From the NCBI GenBank assembly GCA_964016885.1, contig OZ024749.1, positions 16,058,001-16,122,000 of the forward strand: a stretch of DNA of 64,000 nucleotides. The letters are read 5' to 3'. The stretch comes from Eledone cirrhosa (taxonomy: Eukaryota). The position numbers and the translations under genes are program-made. How positions within the stretch are numbered: the stretch's first letter is position 1; each line of letters opens with the position of its first letter. Shown in pieces: positions 1 through 14,839 of this stretch. The notes beneath the pieces were generated by a model, which was given only the letters and a program-made list of their open reading frames with translations, had not been told where the DNA came from and searched no databases.

Positions 1-248
1 ACAACAATAACAACAATGGTAAAACGTAACAATAACAACAATAAAAACAATAACAACAATAACAACAATGATAAAACTTAAGAATAACAATAACAACAAT
101 GATAAGACATAACAACAACAATAACAACAATGACATAATGATACGACATCAAGATAACAACAAAAACAATAATGAAACATCATAACAACAACAACAACAA
201 TAACAATGATGCATTAATGACAAAATAAACAAACAAACAAACAAACAA

Positions 249-296
<48 letters not shown>

Positions 297-566
297 AGTA
301 AAGCAATATGGCTGCCGCAATGTTTGACTGAGGGGAAACAAGCGAGAGTTGTTCAATTTTTTGAATATCTGAAGCGGAATATAATAGAGATGTTATATTG
401 GAAGGGAAAGTAAGGGAATTCGAACTGTGTCCAGAAATAGTTGTAGAAACGGCGTGAGCTCTGCCGTCGGGGTCTTGAACATTTTCCTATTACCCACTCT
501 ACTAGCCTAAGTATTGAGTAGTCTAGTGCGTTTTGATCCACCTGGTTCCTTACCACACTTCCTTCG

Positions 567-624
<58 letters not shown>

Positions 625-707
625 CGTTATTCCGGGTTGAATCGGAGGTAACCACAGTAAGTAAGGTACTCAATACATAGCAGAGTATAACAGTTTTAAT
701 ATAGAAG

Positions 708-758
708 AGATTCTACAGGACTAGAACTGTTTCATTCATTAGAAATCATCAGGAATCT
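708..758 (-). ncRNA. Type I hammerhead ribozyme
   Basis: Reverse complement of the 5905-5955 motif. Confidence 0.8.
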
Positions 759-1456
759 GGGTATCAAAAAATAAATATGGTATTTATAGGTCTCTACAAG
801 TGGTAGGAGAGGGTGGGGAATGGGATGGGTGCAGGTCATTGGTTGATAGAAAAGGGAATTCATTAAAAGCTAATTCTACAAAGCTATAGTTTATTTTTAT
901 TTTTATTTATATTTATTTATGTTTTTAGAGTAACAAAGGCAGACAGAATTCTATAAACAGGTTCCGGATGGCATACCATTCCTTGTCAATAAGTTTCTCT
1001 TAAGCTAACAGATGTCTATAAAGTCAGTGGGGGGTCAGTCATGGTCGATAGAATTAAAGAAAAGGGAGATTCTTTAAAAGCTAAAGTCATTAAGGTTCTA
1101 CTAAGTGACAAAGGTCTAGAGAATTCTGCAGACAGATTCAAAATACTGAGTGCATATCTTACTATTATCTTCGAACTTCTCTTAAACTAATCAACTTTAT
1201 GCCAAAAATCAACAGACACATTCACAAAAAAACAAAAAAACAAAAAAACAAAAAAACACATACTCACTCACACACTTACGCGCAACCATAAACACACACA
1301 CAAACACATATACACACATAAAAACACACACACATATATTAAAAATATAAATATATATAAATATAAATATATATTCATGTACACACACATATACATACAC
1401 ACATACATACATACATACATATACAATACATATACACATATACATATATGAATATA

Positions 1457-1504
<48 letters not shown>

Positions 1505-1533
1505 TACACATACATATATACATATACACAGAT

Positions 1534-1622
<89 letters not shown>

Positions 1623-1741
1623 TATACACACAGATACAACCACACATACACATACATACACACACACAAACATATATACACAAATAAATACACTCACACG
1701 CATACATACAAACACGAGTATACATATGTATAAATATTTAT

Positions 1742-1780
<39 letters not shown>

Positions 1781-1807
1781 CACATACACATACGTACATA
1801 CACACAT

Positions 1808-1876
<69 letters not shown>

Positions 1877-2028
1877 TATATATACACATATATATATCCC
1901 TACATATACAAACATACACATACATACACAGACCTATACATAAATATACAAATATATATACAGACATATAACGCGTATATACACACACATATACATATAC
2001 ATACATATATATATATACACACATACAT

Positions 2029-2067
<39 letters not shown>

Positions 2068-2467
2068 TATATATATACACATACATACATATACATACAC
2101 ATATACACACACACATACACATATATATATATATATATATATATACACACGCGCATACACACATACACACACCCACACACAAAATATATATACACACTCT
2201 CTCTCTCACGCACATATATATATATATATATACACACACACATACACATACACATACATATATATATACACATATATATACATATATATATATATATACA
2301 CACATATATACATCCATACACATATACACATATATATATATATATATACACACACATACACACACATATACACACATATATACATACATACACACATACA
2401 CAAACACAGACACATACAAATACACATATATACACACATATATACACACATACACAAACACACACAC

Positions 2468-2821
2468 AATTGCAAAAAAACTTACATCGGCATGACCTCC
2501 AACAACTTTAAGACCCGTTGGTATGCCCATACCCACTCCTTCAGAAGACCGGATAAATCAAATCAAACAACACTCGCCTCCTACGTTTGGGACCTCAAAA
2601 GGAACTCCACCCCCTTCACGCTTAATTGGAAAATACTCCAGAAAGCGCGCTCTTACAACGGAGGACACAAGGGCTGCGACCTTTGTATTTCAGAGAGCTA
2701 CGAAATTTTATTCGCCAAGGGCCCGCTACTGAACAAACTCTCTGAACACTGCCCGAACTGCATGCACAAGAACTTTGCAACATTCAAACAATTTAAGCCA
2801 GTGTTAAAGCCCGATGGCTAA
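2468..2821 (+). pseudogene. GIY-YIG endonuclease C-terminal part of a PLE ORF (5'-truncated)
   Basis: Translation [22 protein letters not shown]...[11 protein letters not shown]...[12 protein letters not shown]...CDLCISE...LLNKLSE...CMHKN has the YIG, R..H, CxLCxxE and LN motifs typical of Neptune-type PLE endonucleases. Confidence 0.9.
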
Positions 2822-3038
2822 AAACGACCTCCCCTATTGGCCCCTATACCTCCTCCCCACCCTACCCCCACCCCTCCTCAACCTGAAACACGGCCACTAT
2901 GGTTATGTGAGTACCTCTTTCGTATCTACATTTTCTGCCTGTAGAGGTGTCTTTATGTGCCTGCGTATATGCGTATATTTATTGAGTACCTATTTACTTG
3001 TATGTGTATATATTTGTTTGTATATGTGTATATGTGTA

Positions 3039-3165
<127 letters not shown>

Positions 3166-3265
3166 GTTTGTGTGTATATGTGTTTTATGTGTGTATATTT
3201 ATGTATGTATATGTATGTATATGTTTGTGTATATGTATGTGTATGTATGTGTATATATATATGTA

Positions 3266-3308
<43 letters not shown>

Positions 3309-3434
3309 GTATATATGTGTATATATGTGTTTGTATGTATGTATGTATGTATGTATGTTTATGTATATGTATGTGTATTGTGTATGTATGTGTGTGTATA
3401 TGTGTATATATATGTGTATATGTATGTGTGTGTG

Positions 3435-3493
<59 letters not shown>

Positions 3494-3550
3494 ATGTATG
3501 TGTATGTGTATGTATATGTGTATATGTATGTATGTGTGTATGTGTGTGTG

Positions 3551-3643
<93 letters not shown>

Positions 3644-3781
3644 GTGCGCGTGTGTGTGTGTGTGTATATATATATATATGTATGTGAATATATATATATA
3701 TGTATATATGTGTATATATATATATATATGTATATATATGTATATGTATGTATATATATATGTATATGGTTGTGTGGGCAG

Positions 3782-3841
<60 letters not shown>

Positions 3842-3924
3842 ATATTTGTATGTATATATGTATATATGTGTGTATGTGTGTGTGTGTATATGTATGTATA
3901 TGTATGTGTGTATATATATATATG

Positions 3925-3957
<33 letters not shown>

Positions 3958-4080
3958 GTGTATGTGTGTATATATATGTATATGTGTATATGTATGTATG
4001 TGTACGTGTGTATGTATGTGTGTGTATATATGTATATGTATGTGTATGTATGTATGTGTGTATATATATATATATATATG

Positions 4081-4151
<71 letters not shown>

Positions 4152-4541
4152 GTGTGTGTGTTTGTGTATGTGTGTATATATGTGTGTATATATGTGTATT
4201 TGTATGTGTCTGTGTTTGTGTATGTGTGTATGTATGTATATATGTGTGTATATGTGTGTGTATGTGTGTGTATATATATATATATATTTATGTGTATATG
4301 TGTATGGATGTATATATGTGTGTATATATATATATATATGTATATATATGTGTATATATATATGTATGTGTATGTGTATGTGTGTGTGTATATATATATA
4401 TATATGTATATATATGTGTATATATATATGTATGTGTATGTGTATGTGTGTGTGTATATATATATATATATATGTGCGTGAGAGAGAGAGTGTGTATATA
4501 TATTTTGTGTGTGGGTGTGTGTATGTGTGTATGCGCGTGTG

Positions 4542-4576
<35 letters not shown>

Positions 4577-4613
4577 ATATGTGTATGTATATGTATGTAT
4601 GTGTATATATATA

Positions 4614-4672
<59 letters not shown>

Positions 4673-4828
4673 GTATGTATGTGTGTATATATATATATGT
4701 ATGTATATGTATATATGTGTGTGTATATACGCGTTATATGTCTGTATATATATTTGTATATTTATGTATAGGTCTGTGTATGTATGTGTATGTTTGTATA
4801 TGTAGGGATATATATATGTGTATATATA

Positions 4829-4871
<43 letters not shown>

Positions 4872-4898
4872 ATGTGTGTATGTACGTATGTGTATGTG

Positions 4899-4937
<39 letters not shown>

Positions 4938-5058
4938 TTATAAATATTTATACATATGTATACTCGTGTTTGTATGTATGCGTGTGAGTGTATTTATTTG
5001 TGTATATATGTTTGTGTGTGTGTATGTATGTGTATGTGTGGTTGTATCTGTGTGTATA

Positions 5059-5133
<75 letters not shown>

Positions 5134-5162
5134 ATCTGTGTATATGTATATATGTATGTGTA

Positions 5163-5221
<59 letters not shown>

Positions 5222-5904
5222 GTGTATATGTATTGTATATGTATGTATGTATGTATGTATGTGTGTATGTATATGTGTGTGTACATGAATATATATTTAT
5301 ATTTATATATATTTATATTTTTAATATATGTGTGTGTGTTTTTATGTGTGTATATGTGTTTGTGTGTGTGTTTATGGTTGCGCGTAAGTGTGTGAGTGAG
5401 TATGTGTTTTTTTGTTTTTTTGTTTTTTTGTTTTTTTGTGAATGTGTCTGTTGATTTTTGGCATAAAGTTGATTAGTTTAAGAGAAGTTCGAAGATAATA
5501 GTAAGATATGCACTCAGTATTTTGAATCTGTCTGCAGAATTCTCTAGACCTTTGTCACTTAGTAGAACCTTAATGACTTTAGCTTTTAAAGAATCTCCCT
5601 TTTCTTTAATTCTATCGACCATGACTGACCCCCCACTGACTTTATAGACATCTGTTAGCTTAAGAGAAACTTATTGACAAGGAATGGTATGCCATCCGGA
5701 ACCTGTTTATAGAATTCTGTCTGCCTTTGTTACTCTAAAAACATAAATAAATATAAATAAAAATAAAAATAAACTATAGCTTTGTAGAATTAGCTTTTAA
5801 TGAATTCCCTTTTCTATCAACCAATGACCTGCACCCATCCCACTCCCCACCCTCTCCTACCACTTGTAGAGACCTATAAATACCATATTTATTTTTTGAT
5901 ACCC

Positions 5905-5955
5905 AGATTCCTGATGATTTCTAATGAATGAAACAGTTCTAGTCCTGTAGAATCT
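5905..5955 (+). ncRNA. Type I hammerhead ribozyme at PLE 3' end
   Basis: agattc CTGATGA tttctaatgaat GAAA cag ttctagtc ctg TA gaatct: 6-bp helix I, helix III acag/ctgt, GUA site. Confidence 0.8.
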
Positions 5956-5970
5956 CTTCTATATTAAAAC

Positions 5971-6037
<67 letters not shown>

Positions 6038-6045
<8 letters not shown>

Positions 6046-6770
6046 CGTAAAATAAGAAAATTATAAAATTAACTTACTTACTAAAATATCACTTCCAACT
6101 AATTAGTTTCTGGAATGGAATAAATATATTTTCCGAAGAAAACATAGAGAATCATTCCGTCGTCACCCACAAAGTTACTAAGACAAAACCTATATATTTG
6201 CTAGCATTGATATGCATCTGTATGTATATATATGTTACTAGATATTAATTCTTTATAATTATCTCCAAATTATTTGTTGAGCAATATTGGCCATGACTGC
6301 TGCTATGGTAGCAGGCAGGCCGCTGTCTTATTAGCAAACCACTTTCCACTGATTGACCTCGATGTCACGTGATTGATTCTTTTTGAATTTGCCACCGACG
6401 CAGAGGCAGTGATTTTCTCCATGGCTAGGAATTCAGTCCACGCTTTGCTATTTTCTATCCACTGAATTATTTTTTATAAGTTTCCAGAGTCCACGCTTTG
6501 CCTGGATATTTGATGAGAATAGTCTTCCCTGACGACGGAATGATTCTCCATGTTTTCTTCGGAAAATATATTTATTCCATTCCAGAAACTAATTAGTTGG
6601 AAGTGATATTTTAGTAAGTAAGTTAATTTTATAATTTTCTTATTTTACGTCTCTCATATTATTGTTCTGCAACCCCATGCATTGAACCACAAAGTTACTA
6701 AGACAAAATCTATATATTTGCTAGCATTGATATGCATCTGTATGTATATATATGTTACTAGATATTAATT

Positions 6771-6775
<5 letters not shown>
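6038..6775 (+). mobile_element. Non-coding retrozyme-like unit (520 nt period, ~1.17 copies) preceded by an inverted fragment
   Basis: ccacaaagttactaagac occurs at 6167 and again at 6687. 6038-6165 is the reverse complement of an internal segment. Flanks are (TA)n. Confidence 0.8.
6524..6603 (+). ncRNA. Type I hammerhead ribozyme, palindromic helix III
   Basis: cttcc CTGACGA cggaatg...cattcca GAAA ctaattag TT ggaag. Confidence 0.85.
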
Positions 6776-6812
<37 letters not shown>

Positions 6813-6899
6813 ACTGGAGGTAATATCCGTAGTGGGAGAGCACTCAGTCCATGGGACGAGTTAGGTAGAAGTGGTTACACAACAGTTAGTTCACCATAC

Positions 6900-6937
6900 C
6901 GAGAACAATTGTTTCACCTTAGCGGGTCCTCAGCTCG
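6900..6937 (-). ncRNA. Minimal type I hammerhead ribozyme
   Basis: Minus strand: cgag CTGAGGA cccgctaaggt GAAA caattg TT ctcg. Confidence 0.8.
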
Positions 6938-6995
6938 TAATGGACATGGTTATACGGAACAGGAAGGATAACGGTAGGGTTGTCCTTCCTGTTCC

Positions 6996-7045
<50 letters not shown>

Positions 7046-7338
7046 GTAGTATCTATTTCATACTATTAACCTTATTTGAAAATAAATCTGACCAAGAATG
7101 CCTTTTGTGAAAATCAGTCATGTGGAACTATTGTCATCTTGCCTGACGGTTTGAACCTTACAGAACCACCTGCCTCTTTGAGGTCAAATACCAATCTACT
7201 ACCATCTACAAACTGACCAATGAGAATCAAGACTATTCCTGCTGACAACATCAAAGTATTCCTAACAAGCTCATATGTCCCAAGGCTCTGTACCATCAAC
7301 ACTATACACACAGAGCTGGCATATCTAAGGACTGACTA

Positions 7339-7394
7339 ACTGCCTGATGAGGTCATAGCCATTCAATGGCTATCATCGAAATATATATAGCAGT
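7339..7394 (+). ncRNA. Type I hammerhead ribozyme
   Basis: actgc CTGATGA ggtcatagccattcaatggctatcatc GAAA tatata TA gcagt. Confidence 0.85.
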
Positions 7395-7435
7395 AAATAA
7401 AGGATTATAAGTTCATGCAATTGACTTATGTTTCG

Positions 7436-7506
<71 letters not shown>

Positions 7507-7513
<7 letters not shown>

Positions 7514-8355
7514 AGAATTAATATCTAGTAACATATCAATGCTAGCAAATATATAGGTTTAGTCTTAGTAACTTTGTGGTTCAATGCATGGGGTTGCAGA
7601 ACAATAATATGAGAGACGTAAAATAAGAAAATTATAAAATTAACTTACTTACTAAAATATCACTTCCAACTAATTAGTTTCTGTAATGGAATAAATGGTG
7701 GCAAATTCAAAAAGAATCAATCACGTGACATCGAGGTTAATCAGTGGAAAGTGGTTTGCTAATAAGACAGCGGAAGAGAGTTGGAAGTGATATTTTAGTA
7801 AGTAAGTTAATTTTATAATTTTCTTATTTTACGTCTCTCATATTATTGTTCTGCAACCCCATGCATTGAACCACAAAGTTACTAAGACAAAACCTATATA
7901 TTTGCTAGCGTTGATATGCATCTGTATGTATATATATGTTACTAGATATTAATTCTTTATAATTATCTCCAAATTATTTGTCGAGCAATATTGGCCATGA
8001 CTGCTGCTATGGTAGCAGGCAGGCCGCTGTCTTATTAGCAAACCACTTTCCACTGATTAACCTCGATGTCACGTGATTGATTCTTTTTGAATTTGCCATC
8101 GACGCAGAGGCAGTGATTTTCTCAATGGCTAGGAATTCAGTTCACGCTTTGCTATTTTCTATCCACTGAATTATTTTTTAATAAGTTTCCAGAGTCCACG
8201 CTTTGCCTGGATACTTAGATGTGAATAGTCTTCCCTGACGACGGAATGATTCTCCATGTTTTCTTCGGAAAATATATTTATTCCATTCCAGAAACTAATT
8301 AGTTGGAAGTGATATTTTAGTAAGTAAGTTAATTTTATAATTTTCTTATTTTACG

Positions 8356-8362
<7 letters not shown>
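7507..8362 (+). mobile_element. Second copy of the 520-nt retrozyme-like unit in a different permutation, with an inverted, internally deleted 5' part
   Basis: ttggaagtgatattttag occurs at 7781 and 8303. 7507-7772 is the reverse complement of unit pieces. Flanks are (TA)n. Confidence 0.8.
8230..8309 (+). ncRNA. Type I hammerhead ribozyme (same as 6524)
   Basis: cttcc CTGACGA...GAAA ctaattag TT ggaag. Confidence 0.85.
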
Positions 8363-8450
<88 letters not shown>

Positions 8451-8743
8451 GATTTTAAAGTTTAAACTTATCTACGGAACAGGTTTGATTTTGAAATTTA
8501 AATGTGTCTAAACATCATAGCCTTTTGGCAATGCAGTTCGTCTTTGTTGATTTATTATTTTAAATCGATATGGACAAACTGTAGTATAATAATTAGTATC
8601 TTTCATTCTGGCTAAATTTTCTTTTGCAATATATATACAGATGTGATGGTATCTGTGTTTCATCATATATATTAGTTTATACACGGCTCAGGGGTATTTT
8701 CCTCCTTCGAGCTAATTCCATTGTAAAAGAATTCCTTACACTT

Positions 8744-8779
<36 letters not shown>

Positions 8780-8930
8780 GAATAAACAAGAGATTCGAAC
8801 ACATGTATGTTTATATTAGTGTTCATCTCTCTTGTTTATTCAATTATATTGTACGGTTCGGAAAACCTTTTTTCTTAGAGCTATTTAATTGTAAGAGACT
8901 ACTCTGAGTTCTTAACTATATATATATATA

Positions 8931-9482
<552 letters not shown>

Positions 9483-9594
9483 TTATTTTTATTATTTATT
9501 GGAAAAGTAAATAACAACAACAAGTAGTACAGTTACGAAAGGTAGATATTAGGTTCACGCTTGAGAGTGGGGGAGCCATCGGGGTCCTGAGTCT

Positions 9595-9629
<35 letters not shown>

Positions 9630-9690
9630 TATATATGTCTCTCCACCACTCCCCTACACACCCTTGGAACTCTCTTTCCCACACACTTTT

Positions 9691-9724
9691 CGCCTGAAGA
9701 AGGGTTTATGCCCGAAACGTCGTT
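9691..9724 (+). ncRNA. Minimal hammerhead ribozyme (weak helix I)
   Basis: cgc CTGAAGA agggtttatgccc GAAA cg TC gtt. Confidence 0.6.
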
Positions 9725-9809
9725 CCCCACCACCACCCGACTCTCAAGAGCGTGAAACTAACAAAACCTTTGTTCGTACTGCCTTTCTGTTTTGTTCCCG
9801 TTCAATTTT

Positions 9810-9863
<54 letters not shown>

Positions 9864-9864
<1 letters not shown>

Positions 9865-10272
9865 GTCTAATTGTAACTAAGATGCTTCCATGGGTGGTAT
9901 GCCGGTAGAGCACTCTATGCTCCTACGGAGTAGAGTATTATAGAATAGAAAACGAAAAATCAGTGATGCATCGGAACTCAATTTATTGTGTGTTACAATT
10001 GTTTCCCCGGCGAACAGCTCGAGGTGCGATCTGTGTGTGGATCGACCTGACTCTAGACTCGCTGGTTATTCGGTCACGTCTATTGATTTCCGATCATATC
10101 CTCTTTCTGATCATATCCTCTTTTGATCCGAAATCAATAGACGTGTCCGAGGAACCAGCGAGTCTAGAGTCAGGTCGATCCACACACAGATCGCACCTCG
10201 AGCTGTTCGCCGGGGAAACAATTGTAACACACAATAAATTGAGTTCCGATACATCACTGATTTTTCGTTTTC

Positions 10273-10278
<6 letters not shown>
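9864..10278. mobile_element. Hairpin-type insertion with a variant hammerhead in each arm
   Basis: Arms at 9942-10096 and 10124-10278. The plus-strand motif at 10143-10230 reads gtgt CCGAGGA...GAAA caattg TA acac. Confidence 0.75.
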
Positions 10279-10336
<58 letters not shown>

Positions 10337-10337
<1 letters not shown>

Positions 10338-10998
10338 AATGAAAGGTATAGAAAACACTGCAGCGAAAAGCGAACAGCATTCTATAGTATATAAGTGACT
10401 ATAGCGTCAAAATGGGAAAAATAGTTAACGTAAGATGTGGGAAAAATAATTTAAACTCATCTTAAAGAGAATCAGGATATAAATTCATCCACAGAATTTA
10501 GTGAAACCCAGGGAAAAATCAATAGAGCCTTAACTCATGATAAAATAAAGTTCAAGATACCTATCCTTCAATTTTGAAAAAACTTCAAATGCTCTGTATA
10601 GTCGTAAGACTATTTCATGAAAACTTTCAGCGGAGATGGTCACGGTTGGAATTCATCATCAGCAGAGCTCAACTCGATAACCAGGATTCTCGCAGATTAA
10701 TATACCAAAAATGGAATTCTAAACCTGGCCAGTCCAACATCATGCGTGATCACGAAAAACGCACACGAGGAAAAAATGGCTATTGACGTCAGAATGAGAC
10801 GAAAGTTTGTTTACAAGAAACAACAGTCAAAAACATTCCGAAAAAAACTCTACAGTAAGGAGTTCAGCAAAATGCAATATTATCGCAGTTTTTTACAAGA
10901 AAACCGGGATTAGTCACAAATAATTTAAGCACTCGAGGAAAAATCCGAGTATACATATATAAATGAAAGGTATAGAAAACACTGCAGCGAAAAGCGAA
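10337..10998 (-). mobile_element. Terminally redundant 624-nt non-coding unit with hammerhead (retrozyme-like)
   Basis: aaatgaaaggtatagaaaacactgcagcgaaaagcgaa occurs at 10337 and 10961. Flanks are (TA)n. Confidence 0.75.
10591..10668 (-). ncRNA. Type I hammerhead ribozyme
   Basis: Minus strand: gctctg CTGATGA tgaa...ttcat GAAA tagtc ttac gacta TA cagagc. All three helices pair. Confidence 0.85.
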
Positions 10999-11024
10999 TA
11001 TGTATATATATATATATATATATA

Positions 11025-11489
11025 TTATTCAAAATATTAACAAATAAAAGATATTCTCATAATCAAAATATATACTTAATTATATATATTTCAAAGGTAC
11101 TGTGTTGTTTTTTCAGTACGTCCTCATCAGACAAAATATATGATTTGATATATGACATACCGCTACGGTCTTGATCACTCAATTCCAGAATATAACATCT
11201 CTACTAATACTGCAATTGAATGATCAAGACCGTAGCGGTATGTCATATATCAAATCATATATTTTGTCTGATGATTCTATTATGTTTTCGCATTTTCTCA
11301 TTATTAGGGTATAAATGTTGAGTTTTCTCATAAGTTAATCACTACCTTGATTAACCTTAATCATTTAACATCTCAGGGTATGTCATGTATCATTTTATTT
11401 TATCTGATGAGGACGTACTGTTGTACCTCTGAAATATGTATAATAAAATTTAATTGATCACAGCAACATCTATTTTATTAATATTTGTA

Positions 11490-11490
<1 letters not shown>
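11025..11490. mobile_element. Rearranged inverted insertion with hammerheads at ~11075-11137 (-) and 11397-11449 (+)
   Basis: attttat CTGATGA ggacgtactgttgtacctct GAAA tatgta TA ataaaat. An inner inverted repeat spans ~11124-11185 and ~11214-11274. Confidence 0.75.
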
Positions 11491-11544
<54 letters not shown>

Positions 11545-11554
11545 CTATACTTTA

Positions 11555-11640
<86 letters not shown>

Positions 11641-11641
<1 letters not shown>

Positions 11642-12113
11642 ATAAAGTATATATCCCTACACGCAAAAAGCGTCCATTAACACATAAATTAACGAGCCAG
11701 AACATATATAATCAAGGTTTAGCAAATAAGAAAAAGTTTCAAAATAAATTTCAAAAAGTTCACTGTACTCACTATGGTTACCTTTACCGAATCGGTTTCG
11801 AGTCTCAAAAATAAATGGACAGTCCTTGCGGCCTTCCATTGAAATGATAAACTCTCGTCAGAAGGTTCTTTTCACTCATTCTCATCTCGGGAACAATTTT
11901 GAATAGCGCCAGTTCGTAATTTGAACTCGGGAATTTTATATTCTCCGAGTGAAAAGAACCTTCTGACGAGAGTTTATCTTTTTAATGGAAGGCCGCAAGG
12001 ACTGTCCATTTATTTTTGAGACTCGAAACCGTTTCGGTAAAGGTAACCATAGTGAGTACAGTGAATTTTTTGAAATTTATTTTGAAACTTTTTCTTATTT
12101 GCTAAAGCTTGAT

Positions 12114-12120
<7 letters not shown>
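11641..12120. mobile_element. Hairpin-type insertion with hammerheads at 11780-11866 (-) and 11958-12044 (+)
   Basis: Arms at ~11704-11877 and 11947-12120. Motif: acctt CTGACGA gagttt...agactc GAAA ccg ttt cgg TA aaggt. Confidence 0.85.
11958..12044 (+). ncRNA. Type I hammerhead ribozyme
   Basis: Canonical core with three paired helices and a GUA site. Confidence 0.85.
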
Positions 12121-12148
<28 letters not shown>

Positions 12149-12711
12149 ACACACACATGTATATATATAAGTTATATTTTCTTTGTTTCTCTATCTAAAT
12201 ATAACTAATATTGAAGTAAAACCAGGCAAGATTAGCATTTCATGGAATAATTTCTTGGAATAATGTATTTTAATCTTGGAGGAATTTGGAGATTTATTTT
12301 TATGTATTCCATTTTAGGGAAGAGGTGGAGATAAAGGAGCCTTACTCTTCTTTTTCTTTGCCTTCTTCTTCTTCTTCTTCTTCTTCTTCTTCTTCTTCTT
12401 CTTCTTCTTCTTCTCCTTTTACGCCATCTTCTTCTTCTTCTTCTTCTTCTTCTTCTTCTTCTTCTTCTTCGCCTTCTTTTAAAAATTCAAATTTCTTTTC
12501 AACGACATCATACCACCACAGTTGTTGTTGTTGTTGTTGTATTTATGTTATTGTTGTTGTTGCTATTGTTGTTACAGAAATCGATATCCCCCCCCCCCCT
12601 CATTTGTTCGAGCATGTCCTTCTTTTCGCTACATATAATGTAAGCTTCTCCTTTCTGTCCTCCCTTGTGGCAAATAAAGAAATTACTGTTATTATTTCTA
12701 CTATTATTCTG

Positions 12712-13060
12712 TTAATCGGTAGAGCGTCGGACACCATACTTCGCGGCATATAGTTACGTCCCTTTACGTTCTGAGTTCAAATCCCGCCGAGGTTAGCTTT
12801 GCTTTTCATCCTTACGGGGTCGTTAAAATAAAGTACCAGTAATACACTGGTGTCGATTTAATCGACTTTCCCCATTCCTTCAAATTACTGGCCTTGTGCC
12901 TATCGGTAGAGGGTCGGACGCCATGCTTTGCCATTCTGAGTTCAAATCCCGCCGAGGTTAAATTTGCCTTTGATTCTTACGGGGTCGATAAAATAAAATA
13001 CCAGTAATACACTGGGTATTTTCTGGCCTTGTGCCAAATGTAGAAACAATTATTATTATT
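12712..13060 (+). mobile_element. Two tandem tRNA-derived SINE copies (octopus-type)
   Basis: B-box-like gagttcaaatcc, followed by the conserved domain gccgaggtta.ctttgc.tttcatccttacggggtcg.taaaataaagtaccag and the tail ggccttgtgccaaatgtagaaac. Confidence 0.85.
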
Positions 13061-13527
13061 GTTGTTGTTGTTGTTACTGTTATTATCATTAACACCACCA
13101 CCACTACCACCATTATTATTAACGACACCACCACCACCACCGTTATTATCATTAACACCACCACCACCACCACCAACAACAAAAACAGCAACAACAACAC
13201 CACCGACAACAACAACAGCAGCATCATCAACAACAGCAGCAAGAGCAACAGTCACAACAACAACAGCAAAGCTGATATTTCTATTGTGTCGTCGCTAGAA
13301 CAAAAACACAAGGAAGGAGCCCGGATGGAAGTGTATGTGTTTTGTTAGAGAAAAACTGTAATGTTGCAATGGCGATAGCAAGTGTTTGCCAAGGAAATTT
13401 ACTGATAAGAAAACATTAGAGAAAGAGAAATTTAACTCGTTAACTATGAATCAACGGGTGGTGGATCATGTAGTGGGTAGCGCCGTAAATCGGGTGGAGT
13501 GGGAGCGAGGTAATTATGTATATATAC

Positions 13528-13560
<33 letters not shown>

Positions 13561-13609
13561 AATTATATATTACTGTTGGCTTCTTGTTTACATTAATTTC
13601 TCTATTTTC

Positions 13610-13667
<58 letters not shown>

Positions 13668-13679
13668 ATATATATATAT

Positions 13680-13708
13680 ATGTACCCCCATAATGTATGT
13701 ATGTATTC

Positions 13709-13760
<52 letters not shown>

Positions 13761-14093
13761 ACCCCATAATGTATGTATGTATTCATGTATATATATGTAT
13801 GTATATATACATGAATACATACATACATTATGGGGTAAATATATATATACATACACACATGAATACATACATACATTATGGGTACACACATATATATATA
13901 TGTATATATACCCCATAATGTATGTATGTATTCATGTGTGTATATATATATATATATATATGTACCCCATAATGTATGTATGTATTCATGTATATATACA
14001 TACATATATAATTACCCCCTAATGTATGTATGTATTCATGTGTGTATGTATATATATATATATATAATTACCTCACAATGTATGTATGTATTC

Positions 14094-14100
<7 letters not shown>
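13680..14100. repeat. Minisatellite accccataatgtatgtatgtattcatgt in both orientations, spaced by (TA)n/(TG)n
   Basis: About 6 forward and 2 reverse copies. Confidence 0.85.
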
Positions 14101-14169
<69 letters not shown>

Positions 14170-14272
14170 GTGTGTGTGCGCGTGTGGGTGATTACAAATA
14201 CACACATATATACATGCATATAGACATTCATATATGCATACATATACACACACACGCACGCATACACACATA

Positions 14273-14337
<65 letters not shown>

Positions 14338-14839
14338 GTATATATATATTTATATATGGAAACAAATGTAAACTGTGAAAGAATGGGGTAGATTCTTTCA
14401 AATCAAATGTTAAATTGCTTTTCCACTGATGAAATACATAAAACTCGTTTGACAAAGGCGACCTCTCCCCAGATATTCAAGAGACGAAAACAATAACATT
14501 AACAACAACAACAATTACATAAACATCAGCAACAACAACAACAATAACATAAACATCAGCAACAACAACAACAACAATTACATAAACATCAGCAACAACA
14601 ACAACAACAATTACATAAACATCAGCAACAACAACAACAACAATTACATAAACATCAGCAACAACAACAACAACAACAATTACATAAACATCAGCAACAA
14701 CAACAACAAGAACAATTACATCGACAACAAAACTAAAAGAAAAACAACAAAATAGAGGAGAAAATGCACAAACAACTGAAGACAAAAGATTTCGTCGTTA
14801 AGAAATTTTGATATTAAAAGTCTCACAATTGACGAGGGA

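Noticed and set aside
12770-12800. tRNA genes suggested by B-box motifs
   Set aside because: These are tRNA-derived SINE heads continuing into SINE body sequence, with no complete cloverleaf evident.
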